Assembly: GCF_964204645.1 (NCBI RefSeq)
Contig: NC_134031.1
Span: 17,987,910-18,051,909, forward strand
DNA from: Tubulanus polymorphus
Lineage: Eukaryota; Animalia; Nemertea
Length of the DNA: 64,000 nt
Reading direction: 5' to 3'
Shown here one piece after another: positions 1 through 33,065 of this stretch. Position 1 is the first letter of the stretch. The number at the start of each line of letters is the position of its first letter. The notes beneath the pieces are model-generated. The model searched no databases. It was not told the DNA's origin and saw only the letters and a program-made list of their open reading frames with translations. Both the position numbers and the translations under genes were made by a program.

Positions 1-679
1 ATTAGAAACTAAATTGAACATTGGTCGTGTACCTGATAAACCGACAAGTATGCGTTTCAGATATATATTATTGCGTTGATTATTGATATAATTTATGTGT
101 CTATAACATTTAATGCGTGATAAAGTCATTGTCCTATTATGTAATCATATATGTCGAGGAAAATTTTTTATGGTTGTAAGTTAGACTTTCGAAAAAAGGA
201 TATAAAACATGCGAACGACCAGAATCTATAGGAAATTTCGAATCCATTCATTTCATCTATTGCATTTTCCCTCGTTATAGCTTGGACTCGTTTTATCCCG
301 TTTATAGTTAGCTTATTACTGTAGCGATACTTCGATTATAGTTAGAAAAGTGATAATGTCATTGATAACGCTTCGGACGATGAGATCATTCGGGTAAATA
401 AAGAGTCACCACATTATGAGAAACGTCAATTGAATATTCCCCACACATCTTTCAGAAGTGCGCGCGCAAATACCACCGGTATCTGTGGTCGAATCTTTGA
501 TAAGAATTGAAAGTTTTAGGTCGGAACTTAATTCTAATTTCATTTTCGCTAAGGTTGTCGGTCTTAGTTCAACGAAACACTTTCTATAACATCTGAAAAC
601 GCTTAAAAACATAAATGAATAATATTTGACATATAACACGGGATTGATGTCATCTATTACTTTTTCAGATTTAATCAAA

Positions 680-1718
680 ATGCCCGACAAAAAATTCATC
701 GATGAGATGGTTAACGCCCATAACGAGTATCGTAAACGGCACCAGGTGGGCCCGATCAAACATAACAAAAAATTGTCGGATATCGCTCAGAAATGGGCGG
801 ATCATTTGGCGTCGAAGAACACGTTAGGACACAGCGACTGTAAAATGTCGGATGGAACACGAATGGGGGAAAACATCGCGATGAAGGGTTCGTCAAATCC
901 TACCTCTTATACCGGTGAGTTATCTTTGTCAATTTGATGCGATAAGTCGTTGTCAAATTATTTTCGACCAACATCGAGCCGTTGTATCTCATATTCACAT
1001 TTCTCAGGTCAAGATGCTACGGATCAATGGTACAGCGAAGTATCAATGTATGACTTCAAAGTCGGTGGATCAATGAATGCTGGTAATTTCTCGAGCTTTG
1101 GCCAATTTATTATTTCATTTTTCGAAAGAGAGTTAATCGTCACGTTTTCGTTCTCTTGTCGTTAGGGCATTTCTCACAGGTTGTGTGGAAATCGAGTACC
1201 GAAATCGGCGTCGGAAAAGCTACGTCGAAAGACGGCAAAAAGGTTTTCGTCGTGGCTAATTACCTCGAAGCTGGGAATATGATGGGCAAATACAAAGAAA
1301 ACGTTTTTCCAACGAAAGACGGAAAATTCGAGCTTCCAAAAAAGAAAGGTAAGTAGAAAGGAGCTTTCAGTAGATGCCGGTCAACACAGTTAAGGGGAAA
1401 AGCATAATTTCACCAAATCAAATCACTAAAGCGCTATGTAATATTCAAAAGTTGACCAAATCAGCTCAGTCTATCGATTCGATTGCAGAACCAGAACCGA
1501 TGAAGCTCGAAACAAAGAAATTCGGCGGTTTGAGCCTGGGCGACAAAGGTTCCGCGAAGGGAGACAGTAAAAGTTTCAGCAAAAGCGTCCAACGAGAAAC
1601 GATTACTCGCACCGGCCCAGACGGCAAACGTACCAAGGTCATTCGAGAAACGTACACGTACAGCGACGGTAGCAAGGAAACGATTGAACGCACAGAAACC
1701 TCCGATGTAAGGAAATAA
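680..1718 (+). CDS. GLIPR2: GAPR-1/GLIPR2-like CAP (SCP/PR-1) protein, paralogue 1; exons 680-914, 1008-1082, 1166-1348, 1489-1718
   Basis: CAP motifs AHNEYRKRH, GENIA, DQWYSE, GHFSQVVW, VVANY.EAGN. The GT-AG introns all join in phase 1. The last exon adds a non-CAP tail. Confidence 0.88.
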
Positions 1719-4700
1719 TCATTGTCGTGTGTGTTACCTGGACTGGTTCCCGATTTTACAGAACCGCGGATACCAGTCTATTTGTCGTCTGTTTCGTATT
1801 GTTGTCCTTTGGTGGCTGTTTTCGATTCCAAGCGTATTTAGTGCTTTGACAATTCAAAAAGACCTGCTTTTACTCTTTTACTCTTTATAAATAGCGCACA
1901 CGATGTTTTCAAACTTCGATGGTGGCGGAAATATCAAATATAATCTATACCCAAAGCAAGACAACCGTCCTAGAATCGGAAAAACAAATTACTGAATTTA
2001 CCAACCTCGAGACATTCCCCTGAAATATAAAACCAAAGCGCTATTTTGCATATTAAAAGTATCTGTTCCCACAGCTTTCGATGTTAATAAATGTTGTATT
2101 GTATAGAAAGCTTTAAATGTCCGATCAAGGATGTAAAAAATCCATACATTTTTTATTGTTAATATTTATAATGTTACATTTATACGTATTTATATTTTAT
2201 CATTCAATGATTCCTTGTCATATGTACGATGTGTTTCATCAGCATTGCGTAAGACGGATATCAACCCGGTTAAAAACATTTATACCTTCCTAAGCTAAGC
2301 AAGTAAAACCTCAAACCTATAAACTCCTTGGTGAAAGTAGCCCGATATCTACGAATAGATCATTCTGAAGTAAAACACTACGGACCAAGAATAAATTGTG
2401 TTTAGATATTAGAGAATACTCCATTGTCTGTGATCCAAATTCATAATCAATCGAAAAGGAATCAAAACCAATCTCAGGTTAAATCATTGTATTTATTCAT
2501 TTATTTATTTATCGAAGTGATATATTACTGCCTGAGTCACCCGAACGTATTGCATGCGAGATATTTTATTCAAGAGGAAATATAATGATATTTATTACGA
2601 TTAGTCTTTTGGCCTTACTTTCATTTGCAAATGAACAGACGCAAAAGGATTTGCTTTCTGCCGTAAGCGTCGGAATATGTCTGACAATCGTCTCTTTTTA
2701 TTATGTCGCTTGATTCGCTTGTTTTGCTTGCTGAATGTTAGGTAGATTATTAAACGGTGCCACGCTCTCATGATTCCCATACCGTCATCCTTACCTGCAT
2801 ATTCAATTTCCCAGGGTCGGTTTCAAGAATACTGTTTTTCTGTTTAACCGAGGGTTATCATGATAACCCACAGGCGCCTAAAGTTAGAGCCAATCAGGTT
2901 TAATTTATTCAGACGGTCCTTTTTTAGGTTATCATTACCAACTTCACTGATAAAACGTGTTTTTCTAGCGAGACATCGAAATATGTACAACCTTTTTTAA
3001 AAGCTAGCACATTATTGGAAATTATGTATCACGGTCTAAAAAGAACGTTATATAATTCGTCGGTGCCTTTCTTTTTACATTTTTCTGTGAATAGGTATCC
3101 GATAAGATAAAATCCGATCAGAAATCCAAGGATAGCAGCAGCAGCAGCAGCAGTAGCAGTAGTAGCAGCAGTTCGGAGGATGAGGATGAGGTAAGTACGA
3201 AAAGACAAACAAATCAAAACGAAGCAAACTCGCAAATAGCAGACGATATCATAAAATATTCAAACCCAAAATTCACAAAAAAACCTAATTTCATAATGAA
3301 ATCATAATTTTCTATCATCCAGAAATTCAAATGCCAAAATTTTCAATGAACTATCATATCACACATCTCAAATATCATTACTCTAGTTTACAAAAGTTCT
3401 CAGATTGAAATTCAGATATTCCGGACGTACTTATGTATGTTCATCAAGTCCAACTGATAACGAATTAAAAGTTTTTTCACCCAACCGCATAAAAAGAACA
3501 ATATGTCTCATTGCTCGACCAAATTCACGATCCTGTTGCACGACGCATCGTGGAGAAACGAACCGGGGTTCGTTCGAACTCGCGCGAGGGATTTTTTTGC
3601 GCTAATGTATATCCTCCGAAAAGTCAGAGGCATCGCGAGGCATCTGCTTTGAATTGCTGGCGAGTTCGGGATGAAAGTCGATGATTTCGATACCTGGCGT
3701 AAAACAAATAAACCGAAACGACCGGAAAATGATCCGCTGCACCAGAAAATGGTGAAAAGTCGGCAATTTCCACCGGCCGTTAATATTTGTAGATACAATT
3801 TTCGATAATACTTCTCACAATGCGAGGATGTAATGCTCAACGCGTAACAAATATGAAATGCGGAATGAGAAAATGATGTAATCTTTACGGACGTCTCGGG
3901 CTCTAGAAAACATGAACACGCGTGTTTCAGAAAGATAACCATAGCGCATTAAGAAAACATCAAAAACATCATATTCTGAAATGTTCCCGTGTTAAAATAG
4001 CGATAGAATTGCCTATAACATTGTTTTCTTTTGATGAGTTACCCGAGGACCACACTGATTCTATACTGTGTTTGTATCATACGGCGCATGCCTTCAATTC
4101 TCGTCGGATAAACAGGTAAACATAAACTCCCAGTTTCTAAAGTTTCGAGTTGGTTACTGGTGCAGGTATTTGCCAACACAATGCTTCCTTAATCACAAGG
4201 AATTAATTGCTGCGCTTTGGAATTCGTTTGTGTAGAAATCTTCAGTTAATGAATTATATATACCCGAATCATTCGGTTCGTTATATCATAATTTGATAGG
4301 ATATTAACAAGGATGTAATCCAAGAAGGGGAAACGATATAAGAGCGGAGATAAAAACCAGGTTTTATCACAACCTCGGAGAAGTTTTTGTCAGAGATGAT
4401 ACGAAGATGCCGATGCTATAGGGTATATAATACAAGATTTTTACGTTTTTGACGTAAAGCGGCAAGGCAGAAGTTACCGGTAATAATATCTGATACGCAA
4501 AAACCTCGACAATAAACAGAACGGCGTAAAATACAACAAATAAAACGCGTACTAAAATCTCCGGTACCTCACAATATTAGCGATTCGGGAGTTATTACTA
4601 TGGTTTAAGAGAAGTTGGGTTCTTCTGTCGTTAATCTTCTGGAAGGAAGGATAGAAAAATACTGCGGCCGCAAAGTTCAGTCCGCTTGTGCGGGCCGTGT

Positions 4701-5566
4701 AAAAACTGCGAACGCGTCGCATCAGTGCGCGTGTCATTATTTAGGTGTTGAAATTCCGTCGCAAAAGTTTCATTTTCGAAAGAAAAAACGAAGAGATACG
4801 AAAATACGAGTTTTATTCTAATATCGATAAAGGAAAACTTGACTGCACTTTCCTAAATTCAACCATGGATTATCAACTGCTTGGTGTAGGTTTGGCGGCC
4901 ATGCCATTCATGGTAGGTAAATCTTCAGCACAATCATTTGGTGTAAAAAAGAATCGAAACCAGAATTGGATTTTACGGAAACAAAGCAGGAATGATAAAA
5001 GATAACGATTTTTGAAAAATTATCTTAACTCGAAACAGCATGGGAAAATTGATGATCCAATTTTCTGTTTGATCTGTGAGACGCATCATTCTTATGCCGA
5101 ACTCTGTGCTCATACTTCCTTTCCGCAAATTTGGGCTCTCTTAAGCTGTAAGAATTAAGTTAAAAAACAGGAAAAGTGATGGGTGATTTGGTTGTTTGAA
5201 AATATATTCAGCTAGTGATCCGAAACGTCTATCTGCGGAAAACAAATCGTATAAGAATGAAAAAAGTTCGTGATTATTATCTAGGTTTTTTCTTTAGCTG
5301 TATTGATAAAGTTTCAAAACAGGATCAATTGGACAATTTGGTTCTTTGAAAAATATTCAGCCAGTAATCCTTAGCAAATCCTAGAATGAAAAAAAAGTTC
5401 GTGATTCACTGGTTTTCCGCTACGCTGTTCTGTAGTATAGATATCTCTTGTCTATGAGAAATAATCCGCAGTATAACACATAGACACACAGCTGCGCGTC
5501 GTCTATAACGCCATCAAAACCGGCTTGGATTTTACAAAATATCACACAATCGAGTAAAGGTCCACA

Positions 5567-8500
5567 ATGGGTAATTGTTGCGGAAGTAAAAAGGCAAGTT
5601 TGAACTTTAGTTTACGAGGCTTCCGTGTTTTTCTTTAGCAACGACGAGAAAAAGAATGTAGAGTAGAGGCGTGCATTCCGACCATAATATTTTCATATAC
5701 AATTCTGTCTAATGACAATTCAATTTCTATCTTTTAAACACTTTGTGGAATTCGCTGTTCAATTTCGAGTCTCATTTTTGTTGAATTGTGAACAGAGCTC
5801 ATCGTGTCCATCATATCAATGAAATATACATGCTACGATGTAACGACTTGTAGGGGATGGGAATTTCATTGTTTTTGATATCACAATTTTCTGGCGATTT
5901 TCTGTGTTTTATGAGTTGAATAATTCCGATGTACATAGGTATATATATATATATATATAAACGGCTTTATTTGTGTTAAGTCTATCGATAGAAACTCAGC
6001 TGATTAAAAAGGTTCATATAAAGTACACATATAGGCAACGAGGACAATACGACAGCTGTTTCGTTGGATCAAATACCCCTCACATGCCTGGATCTGGCTC
6101 GATTTATCTTTTTACCCACGTATTGAATATTATATAAACATATTACAAAATATAGAAATAGCATTAAAATGTTCTCAAATGCGTTGTTGGGATAAGCATA
6201 TTCGTAACGAGCTTAAAATAAGATTGAAAACGATGAATATAAGTCAAATAGACATGCATATATTCATTTGAATCATTCATTTGAATCATTCATTTGATTC
6301 CTACTGTCAAATACAACTGGACCATTGCGGGCTCGCAATCTGATGAAGACATGTCCGACTACAATTTTCTACAGATTAAGCTAGATTAGTTTAATTAGCC
6401 CGTTTTCTGGTTACGTCACTTTTATGTTTACGTCTAACGCTTGTGGGGGAAAAATGTAGAACTAAAATAAATCGACGATCATCCGCTCTAGACTACAACG
6501 ATGAGCCGGAGACTGGAGCAGATCCGGTTGAGCTGGAAAACATTTTAGTTCATTTTCAGTATAAAAATAATGCGTAATTTTTCTCCTTTCAGGACACCAC
6601 CATCAAAGATAAAGACTTGAAAAAGTTCATCAAAGAAGCAGTTCACGCCCACAATAAACACAGAAAACAGCACAACGCCCCGCCTATCAAACACAGCAAA
6701 CAACTGAGTAAAATCGCCCAGCAGTGGGCCAACCATCTGGCGAGCACGGGCACTTTCCAGCACAGTAGCAACGAATTAAAAGGCGAAAAACTGGGTGAAA
6801 ACATCGCTAATAAATGGAGCAGTCGTGGAGCTGAGTACACAGGTACTTTTACGTATATAAACTGCAACACTACGTGCATTAGGTGCGATTTTATAGTCTG
6901 GAGATCAGAAACAGGTTCTACTGTGTGGTGGTCGGGTTTAAACCCAAATCGTTTATTACGAAGTCGCCGCCGGAAAACATGCTTTTATGGCTTCCAAAGT
7001 CTCATCCATAGAAGCTAGATCGTCATATATCTTTTACTAGAGAATATAGTTGATTTCTAACTTATGATGAGTTTTTATCATCCTGCCTTTTATTGCACGC
7101 GATCATTGTGTGTCAAAATGATGAACCGAACCTTTTGTTATGAGACATGTATACTAAATCCCACCGTTCACTCCGTTGAGTCAGGTAAAAAGAATTCAAA
7201 TCAGGGAATCTGATATAAGTGGCTGTATTAGTCAGCTTCCCGTCTGAAAATACCAGACTGAATAAATCTCGATGGTTAGTTTTCATGCCTGGAGGTATTA
7301 ATTTGATTACTTTGGTAGAGACACACGGTGCATTTATTGCTGGGTTTCGATATCATTTATACTACACTGCATTGCGTATTCCGAGAATTCATCTCAAATT
7401 TATATACAGGCTATATATCAGAGAGGTAAGACAGAGAATACCTGTACTTTTAAGTCTGGACAGGTGAATGTTGTTACTAGATCGAAAGGTTACTGAAGCA
7501 TAGATGATTTCATCACACGTCGTGTAATTTTCGAACCTTTCTCGAAATCAAGTATGAACTATATGTAATGGGCTGTTAATAAGGTGAATGTTTCCACAAG
7601 CATCACCTGCAATCGGCTAAACAGTTTACTGATAAAAGTAAACTAATACAAATATCTAAACTTATCATCTAAAAATACCCCGTAAGTGATATGCAATAGG
7701 CGTATAAAGAGGAAGAAAACTCGGCTAAGAAAAAAATTACGCAACAAAAGCGGAAATATTTCGCTGAGATGTCTGTCTGATGTAAACTAGAACTAGCTGA
7801 AAAACACTAATATATGGTTAACGTATATTCATAGATCTCAGAAGAGACATTTTTATCGTATGCATTTCGCAAACCACAAAATGTGAGTTATGCTGCATCC
7901 GAAATGACCTCATAGCAATGATCGATAATTCCAAATTCATAAGAAAGTTCAACAACGTATGAATCAGTCAGATGTTATTTAAGCCCAGATCATTTACTCG
8001 ATACATTGCACATCGGCATTGGAACTGAATAGAAACCACGTAACCGCTTACGTTCCTGACAGTAAGACAAATATATGTATCCAATGTTAACTTCTACTAC
8101 GTAAATATACATTTGTTTTATTTACCATCTAACATCAACGTCGAGTGCGGTGAATCAACTGTTTATAATATATATATATATATATTACCTAAAATATGAT
8201 AATGAAAATAATTTTGGTGTACGGTACTCAGAACAGATTCAGCAACGGTTATTCTGACTCGTTACAGGTCAAGAAGTGGTTGATCAGTGGTACAGCGAAG
8301 AACCTCGATACGATTATAGTGGAACCTCCAGAACTCTAAGCGCCGGTAAGAATGCGTATTCTCATTGCTTTCTTTTGGAAATGAATCGAAATTTCCCCTT
8401 TAATTGACAAAAGCTTCTTGCGTTGCCAAACACTCAAAATCTAGTACCCGGTACCGAAATTCTTCCCCGCGATATAGCCTCAAATTCACAAACCTGCTTC

Positions 8501-8710
8501 TTGTTGTCTTTTACATTAGAATACGTTTTACAAATGGTTTGTATTTATCTTTTCGCAGGTCACTTCACGCAGGTCGTGTGGTGCGGCAGTAAAGAAGTTG
8601 GTCTAGGTAAAGCTAAGGCTAAGGACGGAAAGGTCATCGTCGTGGCCAATTACAAGCCGGCCGGTAACGTTATCGGCCGCTTCAAGGAAAACGTTAAAGA
8701 GAAGAAATAA
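5567..8710 (+). CDS. GLIPR2: GAPR-1/GLIPR2-like CAP protein, paralogue 2; exons 5567-5593 ([11 protein letters not shown] donor), 6593-6842, 8268-8345, 8559-8710
   Basis: Motifs [38 protein letters not shown], with the same intron positions as paralogue 1. The first exon is inferred from an AAG|GCAAGT phase-0 donor and an N-terminal Gly2 as in GAPR-1. Confidence 0.85.
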
Positions 8711-10082
8711 ACTAATTTTCCACATAAATAAATAACATTTCGATCGCTCGATGCTGAGGAGAGATGACGATGAACGCTACAATATGTACAAAATAGCTAT
8801 GGAGTTATTCGGTTAATATTTATATGCTTATAAAACTTTCGCAAATGATGAGGATTCGATGCTGTAGACGCAAAAACGACATGAGTATCACCTCTACCGT
8901 TCCGAATATATAAATATATATATATATGATTAAGATCATCATTGACATAATTAGGATTTGATACGCAGAAACCCGCCCGACCATTGATCGTTTTTGAAAT
9001 CGCAGGGAAATTAAATTCACTGAAAATATATCACTATGCATAACGTTCAGAAGTTCGAATATTGCTCAAAACGTAGTTAAGAAACGATAATTATTCTTAC
9101 GCTTAATTTCTTTTCACAAAGAATCGGGTTAAGGTTTAGCAGGAAATTCCCAATCGATGCTACCATCATTTTACGTTTTAGTATTATCTCGACATTCAAA
9201 AGTCAGTAATTGTGTTCTTTGTAAATAATGCTTTTATATTCAGAAGATCATCACCGACAGTGAATGAAGTGGACACTTTTCCTGGAACAAGTTTTTTTAA
9301 CGTATATTTACTTTTTTCCAACGAAAAATAAAGTGTCATCAAATTACAGTAATGATCATGTAGGCCGACGTAAAAATATTGAGTTGTCTAATTTCTGTTA
9401 TAAGCTCGTCCATATCTGCATGAGTAATAAATTGTATTCTTTATGTCCATTATCAGTGTCTTCAAAATAAAAGTTGTATATGAATATATATACATATATA
9501 CCACTTGTCTCATAAAATAACATTTCTTTTGTTGGTTCGGGTCTCTGAACATTCTCATTACCTAGGGCCATCTCTGGGTATCTGAATACTTCAGGGTTTG
9601 TTTTAACCCAAATGAGTAATTCAAATAATATAATTCAAATCAAATAACTACATGTAGTGGACTTCGCTAAAAATTTACCGTTACGTTAGTTACGATTTCG
9701 TACAATAGTCTGTCAGAACATCGTTCACTATTTTCCAATTCGAGTGCCTCAAAGTTAAAACTGTCAAGATTTACTACGTGGCAGCCAAGAAAATCATTCC
9801 TCGACAAAAGTTTTAGGACGAGCAAGAGAAACAGAATCATCCAAAAGATACAGCGGTGTATAAAACCGCAACCATCAAAATCGAGCCACCAAAACTAACT
9901 ACAAAATATCTCATTATTTACAGGTAGAGAATTTATTATAAAATGTGATAAAGACATCAACAGTTCAAGGTATTAAAGACCTATTAAAATATAACATCAT
10001 ATTTGCATTATTCAGTACATGTGTACATTATGTCAGTGCTGAGACAAGTAAATGCTGAAGTATCAATATCAATATGAATTGA

Positions 10083-10994
10083 TCAATTATTTTCCATATA
10101 AAGTATCCTATTGACTTCCGATATATCCATGTCGCCGATGGGTGGCACGCAACCCTCAGGCAAGTCAGTCTTTATCGTCTTCGCAAATTTATCTGTAGAT
10201 AATCAACATTTCATCGACTTAGAAAATGCGAGTGTAATACAAAACCTAATGAGAACCAATGATAAATTCGTTTTAATGAAATACCTGTAATAGTTTGCAT
10301 GGAATCACAGGGAGCTGTTAACAGAAAATTTGATGCAACATAGAATATTATAATGAAAACGAACGCAACAGATCCATACACTGGTGCAGCAAAAGCCCAG
10401 TACCTGGAATTAGAAAATAATATTTACACTTTATTGTCAATGATTAATATAAAACAAATGAAAAACATCATTAATTGGTGAAACTTCATGGTAATCTCAC
10501 TTTTGCGGCCAATACGTGAGTCCAACTGCCTCCAACCAAGATAAAGGTATAAATGCCCAAATAATATACAAGCCTGAAAATTGTAGAATCAAAACATGCA
10601 TCACTGACAGAAAGGAAGGAGCTCTTGCAAGTAGGCTAGGAAAGGTAGTAATAGTATGGCTTCGTTAAATTCACATACATCAAAGGCACTTAATTGACGG
10701 ATGATTGTTTACATCATTTAAATACTATAAAATTGAGGAAGGAGTGATTGGGCGTACAGCAATAACCAGGTAAGCCCAGCAGGTTGGGCAAAACTGATAG
10801 TCCAAACTGATAACAACAAGATTAATTCATTTGCATTTGTTGATCTTAAATTAAAGCCAAAGGAAAGGACGAGGTTTTTCGTTCGTACTTAACTCACATA
10901 GACCTATGATTCCGAAAAGGTAGAGTACAAATCCATATATGGCCCTCTCGGGTGTAGGACTAGGTGAATGTTCGGGTTCTGACTTCTTTTTCAT
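10083..10994 (-). CDS. PIGP: Phosphatidylinositol N-acetylglucosaminyltransferase subunit P; exons 10994-10898, 10573-10501, 10403-10285, 10192-10083
   Basis: Manual translation gives [26 protein letters not shown]...[27 protein letters not shown]...[17 protein letters not shown], matching PIG-P signatures. The ORF track missed it because the exons are short. Confidence 0.95.
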
Positions 10995-11028
10995 TGCGGT
11001 AACCTTATAAAATTCAAAATTCACTCGC

Positions 11029-11308
11029 AAAACCCGGAAGTAAACCGGAAGTCAATAGGTTAGTCGCACTATTTACCGAATAAAAAAGTTATAGAAGTAG
11101 AGCAACAAAAACTTAAGGAACCTTGGAAATTCAGCCAATACCTCCATTTTTCCATGATATTTGGGTATTTATTTATCAAAATATTATCCCTACGTTGCAA
11201 TAACGGATATTTACCATTCAACGACGTGTCGAAGAATTAAGAAATTGATCTAAAACTTTTTCGTTCGGTAATTATCGTCAGCAATCGAATAGCGTCCTCG
11301 ACAACAAA

Positions 11309-11316
<8 letters not shown>
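11029..11316. promoter_or_regulatory. Bidirectional promoter PIGP/NPHP4 with tandem ETS (CCGGAAGT x2), an X-box-like GTTGCAATAAC and a YY1-like AAAATGGCG over the NPHP4 ATG
   Basis: The divergent start codons are about 315 bp apart. aacccggaagtaaaccggaagt lies at ~11031-11052 and GTTGCAATAAC at 11194-11204. Confidence 0.6.
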
Positions 11317-31418
<20,102 letters not shown>

Positions 31419-33065
31419 GTTTAGATACCGGTTATAAGAAAAAGACATCTGAGTTCATGAGATTCACAAAGGTGAATCCAGAGAGAATTTGGTAAAATTT
31501 TACAGAGAATATCAATTGTCCTTATTAAACTTTGTATTCTATTAGCATTCATGTTTGGTTATATGCAAAGTAAGCAATTCAGTTTGCATACGTATTTAGT
31601 TCAGCGTACAGCAGCTGGTTTCCGATTGATAATCTACAAACTACTTAAAATTCATATCATTTTTCCGTCCATTTTAATGTTTTCACATGCCGTAGTTATT
31701 GTATGTATAATTTTAGTCCGTAGATTTTTAGTTTTAGTTTTTACGTAGTACAAAAGTAGAATATTCGGATTCTTTTTAGATTAGGATAAATGCGCTGTTG
31801 CAATTATATACCTTGTAAGATGTAGTTATATTAAATACTGCCAAAATGGGAATGTTTAACCAAATTAGTCGTTAACAGTACATTTATGTTAAAGTGCCTT
31901 GTACACTGTACGTACGCAGCAAATGAATCTATTGGATTAGATTCTAGAAAGTTTCAGGTTTTTTAGCCCAACACTTTCTCTCCCGCCCAAGAAACGTTAC
32001 AGAATTTTTCTGTTAATTCTTGTATACATGAATATTGTAGATTTTATGATATTATATTTTATTAAGAAAAAAGTTTTTATATCCGGCGCGAAAGAATGTA
32101 TTTTTCATTGTCTGATAAGAATGCTTCATGTTGTTCCTGTTTATATTATATGGACGGTGGAAATTTTATCAATAAAACGTATCAGAAGTTAGTAATAATT
32201 CTTTATTCGACTTTCATTTTTGTATTCTAAAGAAACGGAGGAAAACCGAAGTCTACATCTTTTAACTCAAAGAGTCACTTTTCAAAGGCGAGTACCTGTA
32301 CTAACATAGCAGCTAGGTGTTCACAGAACTCCAAAATTAACAAATTTATCACGATTATGGAAATCTAATTTTGATGGATCCTAATTATGATTTGGGTTAA
32401 TTAAGACTTGTAAAACCAGCCCGTACTGTACTGACCCCAAAAAATGACAGGTCAATGTGCATATAAACCATAAGAATTCATAAAATCTGATCAGACCAAA
32501 ATAAGACCGAATTTATGTATATGTCCTAACTGGAAGCAGCTCCAGTTGGGTGGCCACGCCACTGACTCCGGAAATCAAGAAGAACAGAGAAAACTCAGGG
32601 AATTCGACCAAAAACCTGGAAAACTCAGGAAAGACGGATAATACCATCGACCAATACATGATTTCAATGACAAATGAATGGATTGCAACATTCTAAACCT
32701 AGAAAAGCACATGGAAATCAGGGAAACTCGGGATTTGTAGCCACCATGTCCAAGGATTATGTACTTTGTTTTATGTGATGGCCTCTTCAAGACCATTATT
32801 TCTGACATATGATACAAACTCAGTCATCTGCTATACATTTGATAAGGTAATGGTTTATAACTTTATTTCAATAAGCAGTTCCTTACTCCACCATTGCTGA
32901 ATAAATAGATAGGTTTAATAAATACATTTTAACAAGCAACAGAACTCTGGGTTTCATTCATTGATTTATCATTTCAAACAATCTTCACCATTGTTTTAAG
33001 TACATATCCTCAATTAGCGATATGCAATAACAAGTTACACTGTACATAAACTACAAGGTAATCCT

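Noticed and set aside
356-393. Upstream ATG exon for GAPR-1 paralogue 1
   Set aside because: The donor at 394 is out of phase with the exon at 669; at most a 5' UTR exon.
3029-3235. ORF with a poly-Ala/hydrophobic stretch
   Set aside because: It arises from a (GCA/GTA)n trinucleotide repeat and has no ATG or splice support.
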